Below the pieces are notes generated by a model, which saw only the letters and a program-made list of their open reading frames with translations, had not been told where the DNA came from and searched no databases. Shown piece after piece: positions 19,555 to 28,211 of a DNA stretch of 64,000 bases (positions within the stretch are counted from its first letter, which is position 1; each line of letters opens with the position of its first letter). The DNA lies in NCBI GenBank assembly GCA_009926125.1, contig RFPM01000001.1, positions 3,479 through 67,478 on the forward strand, written 5' to 3'. This stretch comes from Flavobacteriales bacterium. Lineage in GTDB: Bacteria; Bacteroidota; Bacteroidia; Flavobacteriales_D; Crocinitomicaceae. Both the position numbers and the translations under genes were made by a program.

Positions 19555-20772
19555 ATGAAATTTAAAGATTATCCAATTTCACAATCGATTAAGGCACAGC
19601 TAGAAGTAATGGGATTTAATCGCCCAACCGACATTCAATTTCGAGCAATTAAGCATATTTTAAAGGGTGAAGATGTAATGGCTGTTGCGCAAACTGGTAC
19701 AGGAAAAACAGCTGCATTTGTCATTCCTATGCTCAATCATTTTTTGGTAAAACCAAGAGGGAAATATGCGGGGATTAGAGGTCTTATTTTGGTGCCTACT
19801 AGAGAATTAGCAAATCAAATTTCAAAAGTTGTTGCAGAAATTGCCTTGCAAACACATTTGCGAGTTTTAGGTTTGTATGGAGGCGTGGAGCAAGAAAATC
19901 AAATAAAAACTTTAAATGATGGAGTTGATGTACTTGTAACAACCCCAGGAAGAATGTTTGATTTAATATCTCAAGGTTTTGTTGATGTCTCAAAATTAGA
20001 GATATTTGTTTTGGATGAGGCAGACCTTATGTTAGATTTAGGTTTCAACAAAGATATTCAGGATCTTATTCGTAAAATTCCAAAAAATCGTCAAACTTTA
20101 TTTTTTACTGCAACAATTTCCAAGAAAATAAAGTCTTTGGCTTATGATGTGGTTCGAGAAGCTATTCGTATTCATGTTTCCCCACAAAATCCAGTTTCTA
20201 AAAATGTGGACCATGCAGTAGCATCGATTGAAATGGATGATAAAAGGTTTTTCTTAGAAAATATCTTGAAAGAATATCCAGAAAAAAAATTCATTGTTTT
20301 TGCACGCACTAAAGTTCGAGTAGAGAGAATTGTTGCAGCCATGGCTAGAGTTACAGTAAATTCTGAAGCCCTTCACGGCGGAATAGAGCAGAATGATCGC
20401 TTTGCCATATTAGATCGTTTTAGAAGTGGTGAGAACAATGTACTAATTACTACTGATGTCGCTTGTCGTGGAATTGATATTCCAGATATGGATTATGTAG
20501 TGAATTATGATTTACCGGATAATCCCGAAAATTACGTGCACCGCTGTGGTCGAACTGGTCGTGGAAATAAACGCGGGCAGGCACTTTCCTTTTGTAGTAA
20601 AGATGAAAATTTGTTGTTAGATGCGATTGAGTCATATACTGGAGAGGAAGTTCAACGATTTAATATTACAGCAGATGATTACAAAGAAATTCTAAGCGAT
20701 ACTGAATTGAGCGACTATAATTGGAAAAAATTGATGGCTGAGAATGATAACCCAGATGAGTGGGATGATTAA
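19555..20772 (+). CDS. DEAD-box ATP-dependent RNA helicase
   Basis: [41 protein letters not shown]. Confidence 0.92.
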   Translation: MKFKDYPISQSIKAQLEVMGFNRPTDIQFRAIKHILKGEDVMAVAQTGTGKTAAFVIPMLNHFLVKPRGKYAGIRGLILVPTRELANQISKVVAEIALQTHLRVLGLYGGVEQENQIKTLNDGVDVLVTTPGRMFDLISQGFVDVSKLEIFVLDEADLMLDLGFNKDIQDLIRKIPKNRQTLFFTATISKKIKSLAYDVVREAIRIHVSPQNPVSKNVDHAVASIEMDDKRFFLENILKEYPEKKFIVFARTKVRVERIVAAMARVTVNSEALHGGIEQNDRFAILDRFRSGENNVLITTDVACRGIDIPDMDYVVNYDLPDNPENYVHRCGRTGRGNKRGQALSFCSKDENLLLDAIESYTGEEVQRFNITADDYKEILSDTELSDYNWKKLMAENDNPDEWDD

Positions 20773-20819
20773 TTCCTTAATTTAAAAATTATTATATTTA
20801 CATAAATGAAAACTACATT

Positions 20820-21392
20820 ATGAAAAAAATAAATTTATTGCTAACAAGCATATTAATGTTTCTTAGTTTCTCCCATTTTTCACAGTCAAAAACAACGGTT
20901 TTACATGGCGTAACTTTTTACACGGAAATTAAATTGGCTGAGAACAATTTAGTTTTAAACGGTGGCGGTTTACGAGAAAAATACTTTATTGACTTATATG
21001 TTGGTGCATTGTTCTTGCAGCAAAAGTCTAAGGATGCTAGTAAAATATTAAATGCAGATGCACCGATGGCAATTCAACTTAAATTAGTTTCAAACAGTGT
21101 TACACGTGAAAAATTTGTTGAATCTGTTAAAGAAGGATTTATAAATGCAAGCCACGGAAAAGCTACCAAAGAGCAAATTTCTAACTTCATCAGCTCTTTT
21201 GCTGGAGCATTTAAAAAAGGCGATAAAATTAATTTCGAATACCTTCCAAATAAAGGAGTTACTGTAGAGAAAAATGGATCGCAATTATGTGTAATTGAAG
21301 GTTTAGAATTCAAAAAAGCCCTCTTTTCAATATGGCTTGGTAATGTTCCTGCAGATTCAAATTTAAAAGAAGGAATGTTAGGAAAGGAATAA
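20820..21392 (+). CDS. Chalcone-isomerase-like family secreted protein
   Basis: Signal peptide. LREKYFIDLYVGALFLQ is typical of the bacterial CHI-like domain. Confidence 0.6.
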   Translation: MKKINLLLTSILMFLSFSHFSQSKTTVLHGVTFYTEIKLAENNLVLNGGGLREKYFIDLYVGALFLQQKSKDASKILNADAPMAIQLKLVSNSVTREKFVESVKEGFINASHGKATKEQISNFISSFAGAFKKGDKINFEYLPNKGVTVEKNGSQLCVIEGLEFKKALFSIWLGNVPADSNLKEGMLGKE

Positions 21393-21398
21393 ACTAAA

Positions 21399-24233
21399 TT
21401 ATTGCTTTAAGAATTTCGAATAATAAGTCCTTTCTGCTGTTTTAACCTCAATATAATAGAGGCCTTTTGCTAAGAAATCAATTTTTTGATTTGCAGTAAA
21501 TTTGTGTTTTGCAAGCAACTTTCCGTTTAGGTCATAAAAGGAAACCGTTTCGCCATTTATTCCATTAATGTTAATTTCATTTGTTGCTGGATTTGGATAT
21601 ACTGAAAAGTTTGACTCAGGTAATTCATTGGTATTTAATAATCCTAAATAAACGGAATCAGAATATTCACAGTCATTTGAATCTAAAATAGTAAGTGAGT
21701 ACCACCCTGGATTAAGATAAACGATAGTAGATTCTGTACTTTGTTGTCCTTCCCAAATAAATGAATAGGGTGGAGTTCCACCTTCAACAGCTGAAAATAT
21801 CGAGCCATCGAATGAATTTATGCCACTTGAAAGTGTTACAGTAAAAGTATTACTTAGACCTAAAGGTTCATTTAATGTAATTTGACTTGTTGGGCTCATA
21901 CATCCGTGTGAGTCAACCCCATAAATTTCGTAGTCGCCCGTAGGAAGTTGATTTAGAATTACAGGGTCAATTATTTGATTGTTTAGAAAAATAACATAAG
22001 GAGCAGTTCCTCCACTAGCTGAGGTAAGAATGCTTCCATTTGATTCTCCGTTGCAAAGCACATCGTTTCCTTCTAAATCAATTAAGAAGTTGTCGGGTTC
22101 AGCAACAATAAATTCTAGCGTATCTATGCAAACGCGTGTATCTTCTGCAATTAATTGATAGGTTCCAGCAATTAAATCAGTTATTGTGTTCGTTGAGAAG
22201 CCATTTGACCAGTTATAAATAACGGAAGTACTCATTGGACCATCAAAAACTTGTATGTATCCTGTTGCTCCATTGTTACACAAAACATTTCCGATAAATG
22301 AAGAATCAATTACAGGCGCAGAAAAAGGCACAAATACAGAATCTGTAACAAGGCAACCATTTGCATGGGTAATAATAACTGAGTTCCATCCTTCTACTAA
22401 GTTATTATTAGGTTTTGTTGTAATTCCATTTTCCCATAAAAATGTACAGGTACTAAACATACATTGACAACCAGATGAATTTACTACTGCAGCTCCATTT
22501 TCATCTTCGGGACAGGTTGGCGACATTATTCCTCCAAAGCTAATTACAAAGGGATCAATTAGAGTAAAGTTCCTTATTTCAAAACAATCCAATGAATTTG
22601 TAACTTGCACCCAATAGTTTCCTGCACTAAGATTTTGTAGTGAAGAGCTCGTACTTCCGTTTGACCATAAATAGGTGTGAGGTCCGCCTCCATTTACAAG
22701 TGTTAAATTAATTGAGCCATCTGCAAATTCGTTGCAACTAGGTTGAATTATTGAAGCATTTGAAATTACGCTTCCAGGTCCACAATCAGTGCTCGATGAA
22801 TAATATTCTCCATTATTATTTGTTCCTAAATAAGAACCCCAGGCAATTCCGGCATTTGGGATACTACTGCTTAATTCTATAAGATTTAAATAAATTCCTT
22901 TCCATCCAACGGGGTTTAAACTGTCTTTTTTATAGCTGTAAACTAGATCGATGTTATTATCTTGATCAATATCTCCAAAATAAGGAGTAGAACCAAGATT
23001 TACGCCAGCTCTAGTATTTCCTAATTGTGAAATCAGTCCATTAGCAAAATCAAGCGCATGAATTTTATTTTTGTAGTGCCCATTTTCAAAATAATTTACT
23101 GAAATTACTACTTCATCAAGTCCATTGTTATCAAGATCTAAGGCAGCGGCAGCCGCATAATTTGATTTCCCAATACTATCTTTAAACAAGACTTGGCCTG
23201 TTTCTCCATTTAGCATAACTTGATAGAAATCTGAATACGAAGGTGCAATACCTTTGAATAGTACTAAAAAAACATCTTGATTTAAATCACTTGAAAATCT
23301 TCCAATTGTAGGCGCTGCACTAGACTCTGTTCCTTGAAGTTGATAATTCCAAGTAGTAGAAAAATCACTTCCTTTAATTTTAGAAACTTTACCTCCGAAC
23401 GCCTGAATAAATATGTCATATGAATTATCAGGTGTTTTACAAATTGATGCAGGAGCAATAAATCCTTTGCTAATATCACTTGCTAATTCAACAGAGTTTG
23501 TAAGTGTATTATTTAATAAGTCGCTAAGCTGACTTGCCCAGAATGAACCTCCTAAATTTTCACCACCTGTTCCATAAAGAATCCATTGAGTTCCATTATT
23601 TTGAATGTCTGCAACAATCGGAGAACAATAAGTCTCAGCACTATCAGGAACTACCGCTTTTGCAATTAAGGTCCCATTAATACCATTCACAATCATTAAA
23701 TATCCTGGAGGGCGGTTTGTCTGCCAATCTGGAGCTGAATGATCTCCGCCATTGCAAACTAAAATATCTGGAAAAGAGTCGTTATTAACGTCATTAATAA
23801 ATTGCGGGTTATAAAAATTGTACAAACCGCTATCTGCAGGATTAACACTATACGGAAAATAATCCCAGATTAATGAGCCGTTAGCTCCGTTAATGGCTAG
23901 TAATTGTGCTTGGCGACCAGTGATAAAAACATCTTTAATTCCATCGCCTGTAATATCTTGAAATATCGCGCTTCCAAAAACTTCATTTCTTGAAGGCCTT
24001 TTCCACAAAAGAGATCCATTTAAGCCATTGTAGGCCATAATTCCATTGTTGCTGTAAACACCATCTGTTCCACCACCGATTACAATATCTTTAATTCCAT
24101 CTTGATTTAAATCGCAGGCTCTTGGGGATGACAAGGTCGGAATTGAGTCTGTAAACGCTTGCCAATTATTAAGTTGAGCTATTACATTTAGATTTAAAAG
24201 AAAAATTGTTGCGAATAAAAAAGTTGATTTCAT
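21399..24233 (-). CDS. Large T9SS-sorted surface protein: FG-GAP/VCBS beta-propeller region + SprB-type repeats + type-A CTD
   Basis: Ca-binding-like loops (DLNQDGIKD, DITGDGIKD, DLDNNGLDE, DIDQDNNID). About five repeats of the form CxxxxDGSI...Y.W.NG...L..G.Y. C-terminal FSVYPNPATNEININ. The start is set at MKSTFLFATIFLL (24233) because a -7 box lies at 24246-24253. Confidence 0.75.
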   Translation of the reverse strand: MKSTFLFATIFLLNLNVIAQLNNWQAFTDSIPTLSSPRACDLNQDGIKDIVIGGGTDGVYSNNGIMAYNGLNGSLLWKRPSRNEVFGSAIFQDITGDGIKDVFITGRQAQLLAINGANGSLIWDYFPYSVNPADSGLYNFYNPQFINDVNNDSFPDILVCNGGDHSAPDWQTNRPPGYLMIVNGINGTLIAKAVVPDSAETYCSPIVADIQNNGTQWILYGTGGENLGGSFWASQLSDLLNNTLTNSVELASDISKGFIAPASICKTPDNSYDIFIQAFGGKVSKIKGSDFSTTWNYQLQGTESSAAPTIGRFSSDLNQDVFLVLFKGIAPSYSDFYQVMLNGETGQVLFKDSIGKSNYAAAAALDLDNNGLDEVVISVNYFENGHYKNKIHALDFANGLISQLGNTRAGVNLGSTPYFGDIDQDNNIDLVYSYKKDSLNPVGWKGIYLNLIELSSSIPNAGIAWGSYLGTNNNGEYYSSSTDCGPGSVISNASIIQPSCNEFADGSINLTLVNGGGPHTYLWSNGSTSSSLQNLSAGNYWVQVTNSLDCFEIRNFTLIDPFVISFGGIMSPTCPEDENGAAVVNSSGCQCMFSTCTFLWENGITTKPNNNLVEGWNSVIITHANGCLVTDSVFVPFSAPVIDSSFIGNVLCNNGATGYIQVFDGPMSTSVIYNWSNGFSTNTITDLIAGTYQLIAEDTRVCIDTLEFIVAEPDNFLIDLEGNDVLCNGESNGSILTSASGGTAPYVIFLNNQIIDPVILNQLPTGDYEIYGVDSHGCMSPTSQITLNEPLGLSNTFTVTLSSGINSFDGSIFSAVEGGTPPYSFIWEGQQSTESTIVYLNPGWYSLTILDSNDCEYSDSVYLGLLNTNELPESNFSVYPNPATNEININGINGETVSFYDLNGKLLAKHKFTANQKIDFLAKGLYYIEVKTAERTYYSKFLKQ

Positions 24234-24245
24234 TGTATTTTTTTT

Positions 24246-24253
24246 CAAAGTTA
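24246..24253 (-). promoter_or_regulatory. -7 box (TAACTTTG) for the FG-GAP/SprB surface protein; it is the promoter-proximal unit of the tandem repeat
   Basis: Matches TAnnTTTG. Lies 12 nt upstream of the ATG at 24233. The three distal repeat units read TAACTTTC. Confidence 0.5.
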
Positions 24254-24285
24254 AGAAAGTTAAGAAAGTTAAGAAAGTTAAGAAA
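24247..24285 (-). repeat. Perfect 9-bp tandem repeat, 4.3 copies (plus strand AAAGTTAAG; minus strand CTTAACTTT)
   Basis: Read directly: units at 24247-55, 24256-64, 24265-73 and 24274-82, plus a partial AAA. The repeat lies between the divergent T9SS surface-protein and CBS genes. Confidence 0.95.
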
Positions 24286-24356
24286 TATATTTTTAAAAAG
24301 CTTTTCATTGGTTGTATTATTTTAACAAAAATAACCCTTCTAAAGTTCCTTATTCT

Positions 24357-24364
24357 TACTTTTG
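24357..24364 (+). promoter_or_regulatory. -7 box (TACTTTTG) for the CBS operon
   Basis: Matches TAnnTTTG. Lies 16 nt upstream of the ATG at 24381. Confidence 0.5.
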
Positions 24365-24380
24365 CAGAAACAAAAATTGA

Positions 24381-25742
24381 ATGAAAATCTACAATAATAT
24401 ACTGGATACTATCGGAAATACTCCAATTGTTCGCATTAATAAATTAGCGAAAGATGTTTCCGCGCAAGTTTTTGCCAAGATTGAAACAACAAACCCAGGA
24501 AATTCTGTAAAAGATAGAATGGCAATAAAAATGATTGAAGACGCTGAAAAATCTGGTTTACTAAAGCCAGGAGGCACAGTAATTGAAGGCACTTCAGGAA
24601 ATACAGGAATGGGATTAGCACTCGCTTGCATCATCAAAGGATACAAATTAATTTGTGTTTTAAATGACAAGCAATCAAAGGAAAAAATGGATATTTTGCG
24701 TGCAGTTGGATCTGAAGTGGTTGTTTGTCCAACAGCTGTGGAGCCAACAGACCCTCGTTCTTATTATTCAGTTTCAAGAAGATTAGCAACAGAAATACCT
24801 AATTCTTGGTATGTGAATCAATACGATAATTTATCCAATAGAACTGCACATTACGAGCAAACAGGACCAGAAATTTGGGAGCAAACAGAGGGTAAAATCA
24901 CACATTTTGTTGTCGGTGTTGGAACAGGCGGAACAATTTCTGGAGTTGGAAAATATCTAAAAGAGAAGAATCCCAATATTAAGATTTGGGGAATAGATAC
25001 TTACGGTTCGGTTTTTAAAAAATATAAGGAAACTGGAATTTTCGATCAAAATGAAATTTATCCATACATAACAGAAGGTATTGGCGAAGATATTCTTCCG
25101 GCAAATGTTGATTTTGATGTTATTGATTTATTTGAAAAAGTAACAGATAAAGATGCTGCCGTTTACACACGTCGTTTGGCTCGAGAAGAAGGAATTTTTG
25201 TAGGTAATTCTGCTGGTTCAGCTATAAAAGGTGTTTTACAATTAAAGGATAAACTCACAAAAGATGACATTGTTGTTGTTTTGTTTCATGACCATGGAAG
25301 TCGATATATTGGAAAAATATTTAACGATGATTGGATGAGAGAGCGTGGATTTTTAGAAGAAAACTTAAATTCTGCCAAAGATTTAGTAGCTAAAAACAAA
25401 GATATGCCACTTGTTTTTTTGTATTCTGAGGAATTAGTTTCTCACGCAATTGCAAAATTGACTAAGAATGGTATTTCACAAATTCCTGTATTAAAAGACA
25501 ATAAATTTGTAGGTTCTATTGATGACAGTCAAATCTATAAAATTTTGGTAGAACAACCTGACTTGCGAGACGCTCCAATATCATCAATTATGGGTGCGCC
25601 TTTTCCAATAGTTAAAGAGGAAACAAGTATTGCAGATATTTCAAAATTAATTTCAAAAGATTCTGCAGCTGTTTTAGTTGAACTATCTGATGGTAGCTTT
25701 CAAATTCTAACTCGCTACGATATTTTATCCGCAATGTCCTAA
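24381..25742 (+). CDS. Cystathionine beta-synthase-type PLP enzyme with C-terminal tandem CBS (Bateman) domains
   Basis: PLP lysine context NPGNSVKDRMA, GTSGNTG, and a C-terminal CBS pair of about 120 aa. Confidence 0.85.
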   Translation: MKIYNNILDTIGNTPIVRINKLAKDVSAQVFAKIETTNPGNSVKDRMAIKMIEDAEKSGLLKPGGTVIEGTSGNTGMGLALACIIKGYKLICVLNDKQSKEKMDILRAVGSEVVVCPTAVEPTDPRSYYSVSRRLATEIPNSWYVNQYDNLSNRTAHYEQTGPEIWEQTEGKITHFVVGVGTGGTISGVGKYLKEKNPNIKIWGIDTYGSVFKKYKETGIFDQNEIYPYITEGIGEDILPANVDFDVIDLFEKVTDKDAAVYTRRLAREEGIFVGNSAGSAIKGVLQLKDKLTKDDIVVVLFHDHGSRYIGKIFNDDWMRERGFLEENLNSAKDLVAKNKDMPLVFLYSEELVSHAIAKLTKNGISQIPVLKDNKFVGSIDDSQIYKILVEQPDLRDAPISSIMGAPFPIVKEETSIADISKLISKDSAAVLVELSDGSFQILTRYDILSAMS

Positions 25743-26515
25743 TGACAAAGAAGGTCATTATAGATCAAATGCAACGAAGTGTTGAACTTACTTTTCCGCT
25801 AAAGCGTATTGTATCTCTTGTTCCTTCACAAACCGAATTATTACATTATTTTGGACTAGAACAGGAAGTTGTAGCAATCACAAAGTTTTGTATTCATCCA
25901 AAGAATTGGCATGCTAAGAAACAACGAATTGGAGGGACTAAGAAATTAAATATAGATCAAATTATTGCTTTAAAACCGGACTTAATAATTGGTAATAAAG
26001 AAGAAAATACAAAGGAAGATATTTCTATTTTGGAAAAGGTTGTTCCAGTTTGGATGAGTGATGTAAACACATTTGATGCTGCTTTGGATTTTATTCTTGA
26101 CATAGGATCACTTTTCGGAAAAATAGAAATTACCAAAACTCTAAATACTGAAATTACAAGTAGATTTCAAAAATTAGAAACGATAGGTCAGGGCAGAAGT
26201 GTCTTGTATTTTATTTGGGATGAACCGGCTTTTGTCGTTGGCAAAAATACTTTTATAGATGCGATGATTTCTAAAATTGGATTTACTAACGTTTGTAAAG
26301 CTGACCGTTATCCTGCTTTAGCTGATTTAAAAAATATAAATCCAGATTTTGTGTTTTTAAGTTCGGAGCCCTTTCCTTTTTCTGAAAATCACAGCAAAAA
26401 ATTCCAGGAATTATTTCCGTCATCTAAAATTATTTTTGTCGATGGCGAGATGTTTTCATGGTATGGCTCTCGCATGTTGTTAGCAAGTGATTATTTCAAG
26501 TCTTTTTTAAAATAA
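25742..26515 (+). CDS. BtuF/TroA-like (helical-backbone) binding protein lacking a signal peptide
   Basis: RIVSLVPSQTELLHYFGL and KPDLIIGNKEEN match class III periplasmic binding proteins. The N-terminus MTKKVIIDQMQRSVE has no hydrophobic leader. The start overlaps the upstream stop (TAATG). Confidence 0.65.
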   Translation: MTKKVIIDQMQRSVELTFPLKRIVSLVPSQTELLHYFGLEQEVVAITKFCIHPKNWHAKKQRIGGTKKLNIDQIIALKPDLIIGNKEENTKEDISILEKVVPVWMSDVNTFDAALDFILDIGSLFGKIEITKTLNTEITSRFQKLETIGQGRSVLYFIWDEPAFVVGKNTFIDAMISKIGFTNVCKADRYPALADLKNINPDFVFLSSEPFPFSENHSKKFQELFPSSKIIFVDGEMFSWYGSRMLLASDYFKSFLK

Positions 26516-26517
26516 AT

Positions 26518-26913
26518 ATGCGCGACGAAAGACATATTCTTTTTTATGATGGCACTTGTGGAATTTGCAGTCGCAGTGTTCGTTTTATTTTAAAAAATGA
26601 ATCTGATGAAAGACTAAATTTTGCAGCACTTCAAAGTGATTTTTCAAGTGAATTCCTTGGTAATTTTAATATTGAAAGTAGTAATTTAACAACGCTCTAT
26701 TTTTATTCAAATGGAATTATTTATTCTAAATCTCGTGCACTATTTGCCTTACTCCCTTTTTTAAAATGGTATTATTCTTTTTTTTATTTGGGATTTCTAA
26801 TTCCTAGGTTTATTCTTGATTTTTTCTACGATATACTTGCAAAGAATAGAAAACGTTTTTTTTCTAGTACTTGTGACTTAAATATGTTTTCAAAAAGTAG
26901 ATTTATTCCTTAA
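26518..26913 (+). CDS. DCC-family thiol-disulfide oxidoreductase (DUF393)
   Basis: YDGTCGICSRSV CxxC motif near the N-terminus. 131 aa. Confidence 0.75.
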   Translation: MRDERHILFYDGTCGICSRSVRFILKNESDERLNFAALQSDFSSEFLGNFNIESSNLTTLYFYSNGIIYSKSRALFALLPFLKWYYSFFYLGFLIPRFILDFFYDILAKNRKRFFSSTCDLNMFSKSRFIP

Positions 26914-26917
26914 TTTT

Positions 26918-27451
26918 TTACCACTGAAACGCTTTTTCATCTAGCCATTTATCTTGAACGCGCATTGTTTGTTCAATAATATCTCTTACGCAACATTTAC
27001 CACCATCATAAGGTGATTGATAAGAAACAATCATTTTCACATCTATTGCAGCATCTTGTGGGCAGGTAGAAAGACCTACTTTTTTTAAAACCGGTATATC
27101 TGGAATATCATCTCCCATATATAAAATTTCAGCATCTTTAAGTTTGAACCTCTTTTTGATGTCTTCATAGCACCTTAATTTTTCATGAACAGATAAATGC
27201 ACTTCAGTAACACCAAATTCCATGAGTCTAATTCTCACTTCTTCAGAATTTCCGCCAGAAATAATAAAAATATTGTAGCCCATTTTAGCTGCATACTGAA
27301 AGGCATAGGCATCTTTTGAATGAATTGTTCGGACAATTTCATCTTTAAAAAGGTACACTTTTCCATCAGTCAAAACTCCATCAACATCAAAGATAAAAGT
27401 GCTAATAGTGTTTAATTTTTCTTTGTAGCTAATCATTTTTATATGTTTCAA
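26918..27451 (-). CDS. kdsC: KDO 8-phosphate phosphatase (HAD-IIIA)
   Basis: FDVDGVLTDG, GGNSEEV and GDDIPD motifs. About 175 aa. Confidence 0.8.
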   Translation of the reverse strand: MKHIKMISYKEKLNTISTFIFDVDGVLTDGKVYLFKDEIVRTIHSKDAYAFQYAAKMGYNIFIISGGNSEEVRIRLMEFGVTEVHLSVHEKLRCYEDIKKRFKLKDAEILYMGDDIPDIPVLKKVGLSTCPQDAAIDVKMIVSYQSPYDGGKCCVRDIIEQTMRVQDKWLDEKAFQW

Positions 27452-28211
27452 TAATACTTTTTGTTAATAGTTTATATAGCTCTAAGCTTGTACCGGTCAA
27501 TAAATGTTCGTGTTCAGCAATAACTGATAAGTCCATTCTTCTAGCAGGTCCGGTTTGTGCTTTTTTTGCGCCTAATTCCTGAATTTTTGAGAATGTTTCA
27601 TTGAGAATTGGCTTAAACAGCTCCCAATCAAGATGATTCTTTTGCGCTTCCTGTTGTGCAATATAAACGATGTGATTTGCGAAATTATTGACAATCACTG
27701 CGGATAAATGAATTAATTTTCGCTGTTCTGAATTGCTAAATTGAAAGGAGAAATCAAGTTTTTCGCAGAGTTCTGAAAGTAAGCCAAGAAGGTGAATATT
27801 CTTTGCTTCTAGAAGAATTGGAATTTGATCAACTTCTAGCGTTCTATTCTCTGTAAATGTTTGAAGCGGGTAAAAAACCCCACAATTTGGGTGCTTTATT
27901 TCTGCCAAGTCAATCGAGCCAGCAGTATATGCGATAAATTGCTTTTCTGGAAAGGAATTAATAATTTCTATTACAGAATCATCATTTGTAGCTACAAGAA
28001 TTAAATCTGCTTGAAGTTCCAGGTAGTTTTCTGTATAATGACAATTTAGTTTATTTGCTAAAGGAATTCCGGTGTCATTATTCCGACTTGAAACAGCAAA
28101 AACTTCAATGCCTTTTTTATAAATTAGATTGCCAAGTGTATTTGCAACTTTTCCAGAGCCAATTATAGCAATTGATTTAATGTCGTATATAGAGATCATT
28201 TCCCATGACAT
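27429..28211 (-). CDS. Rossmann-like/DUF2520 domain protein
   Basis: N-terminal IAIIGSGKVA dinucleotide-binding motif. Size and C-terminal helical domain are typical of DUF2520. An alternative start at 28199 is possible. Confidence 0.55.
   Translation of the reverse strand: MSWEMISIYDIKSIAIIGSGKVANTLGNLIYKKGIEVFAVSSRNNDTGIPLANKLNCHYTENYLELQADLILVATNDDSVIEIINSFPEKQFIAYTAGSIDLAEIKHPNCGVFYPLQTFTENRTLEVDQIPILLEAKNIHLLGLLSELCEKLDFSFQFSNSEQRKLIHLSAVIVNNFANHIVYIAQQEAQKNHLDWELFKPILNETFSKIQELGAKKAQTGPARRMDLSVIAEHEHLLTGTSLELYKLLTKSIIETYKND

Noticed and set aside
24234-24308. Longer N-terminus MKSFLKIYFLTFLTFLTFLTLKKNT for the FG-GAP/SprB protein
   Set aside because: A consensus -7 box lies inside this extension, and a normal signal peptide begins at the downstream Met (24233). 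It is not fully excluded; see the tandem-repeat finding.
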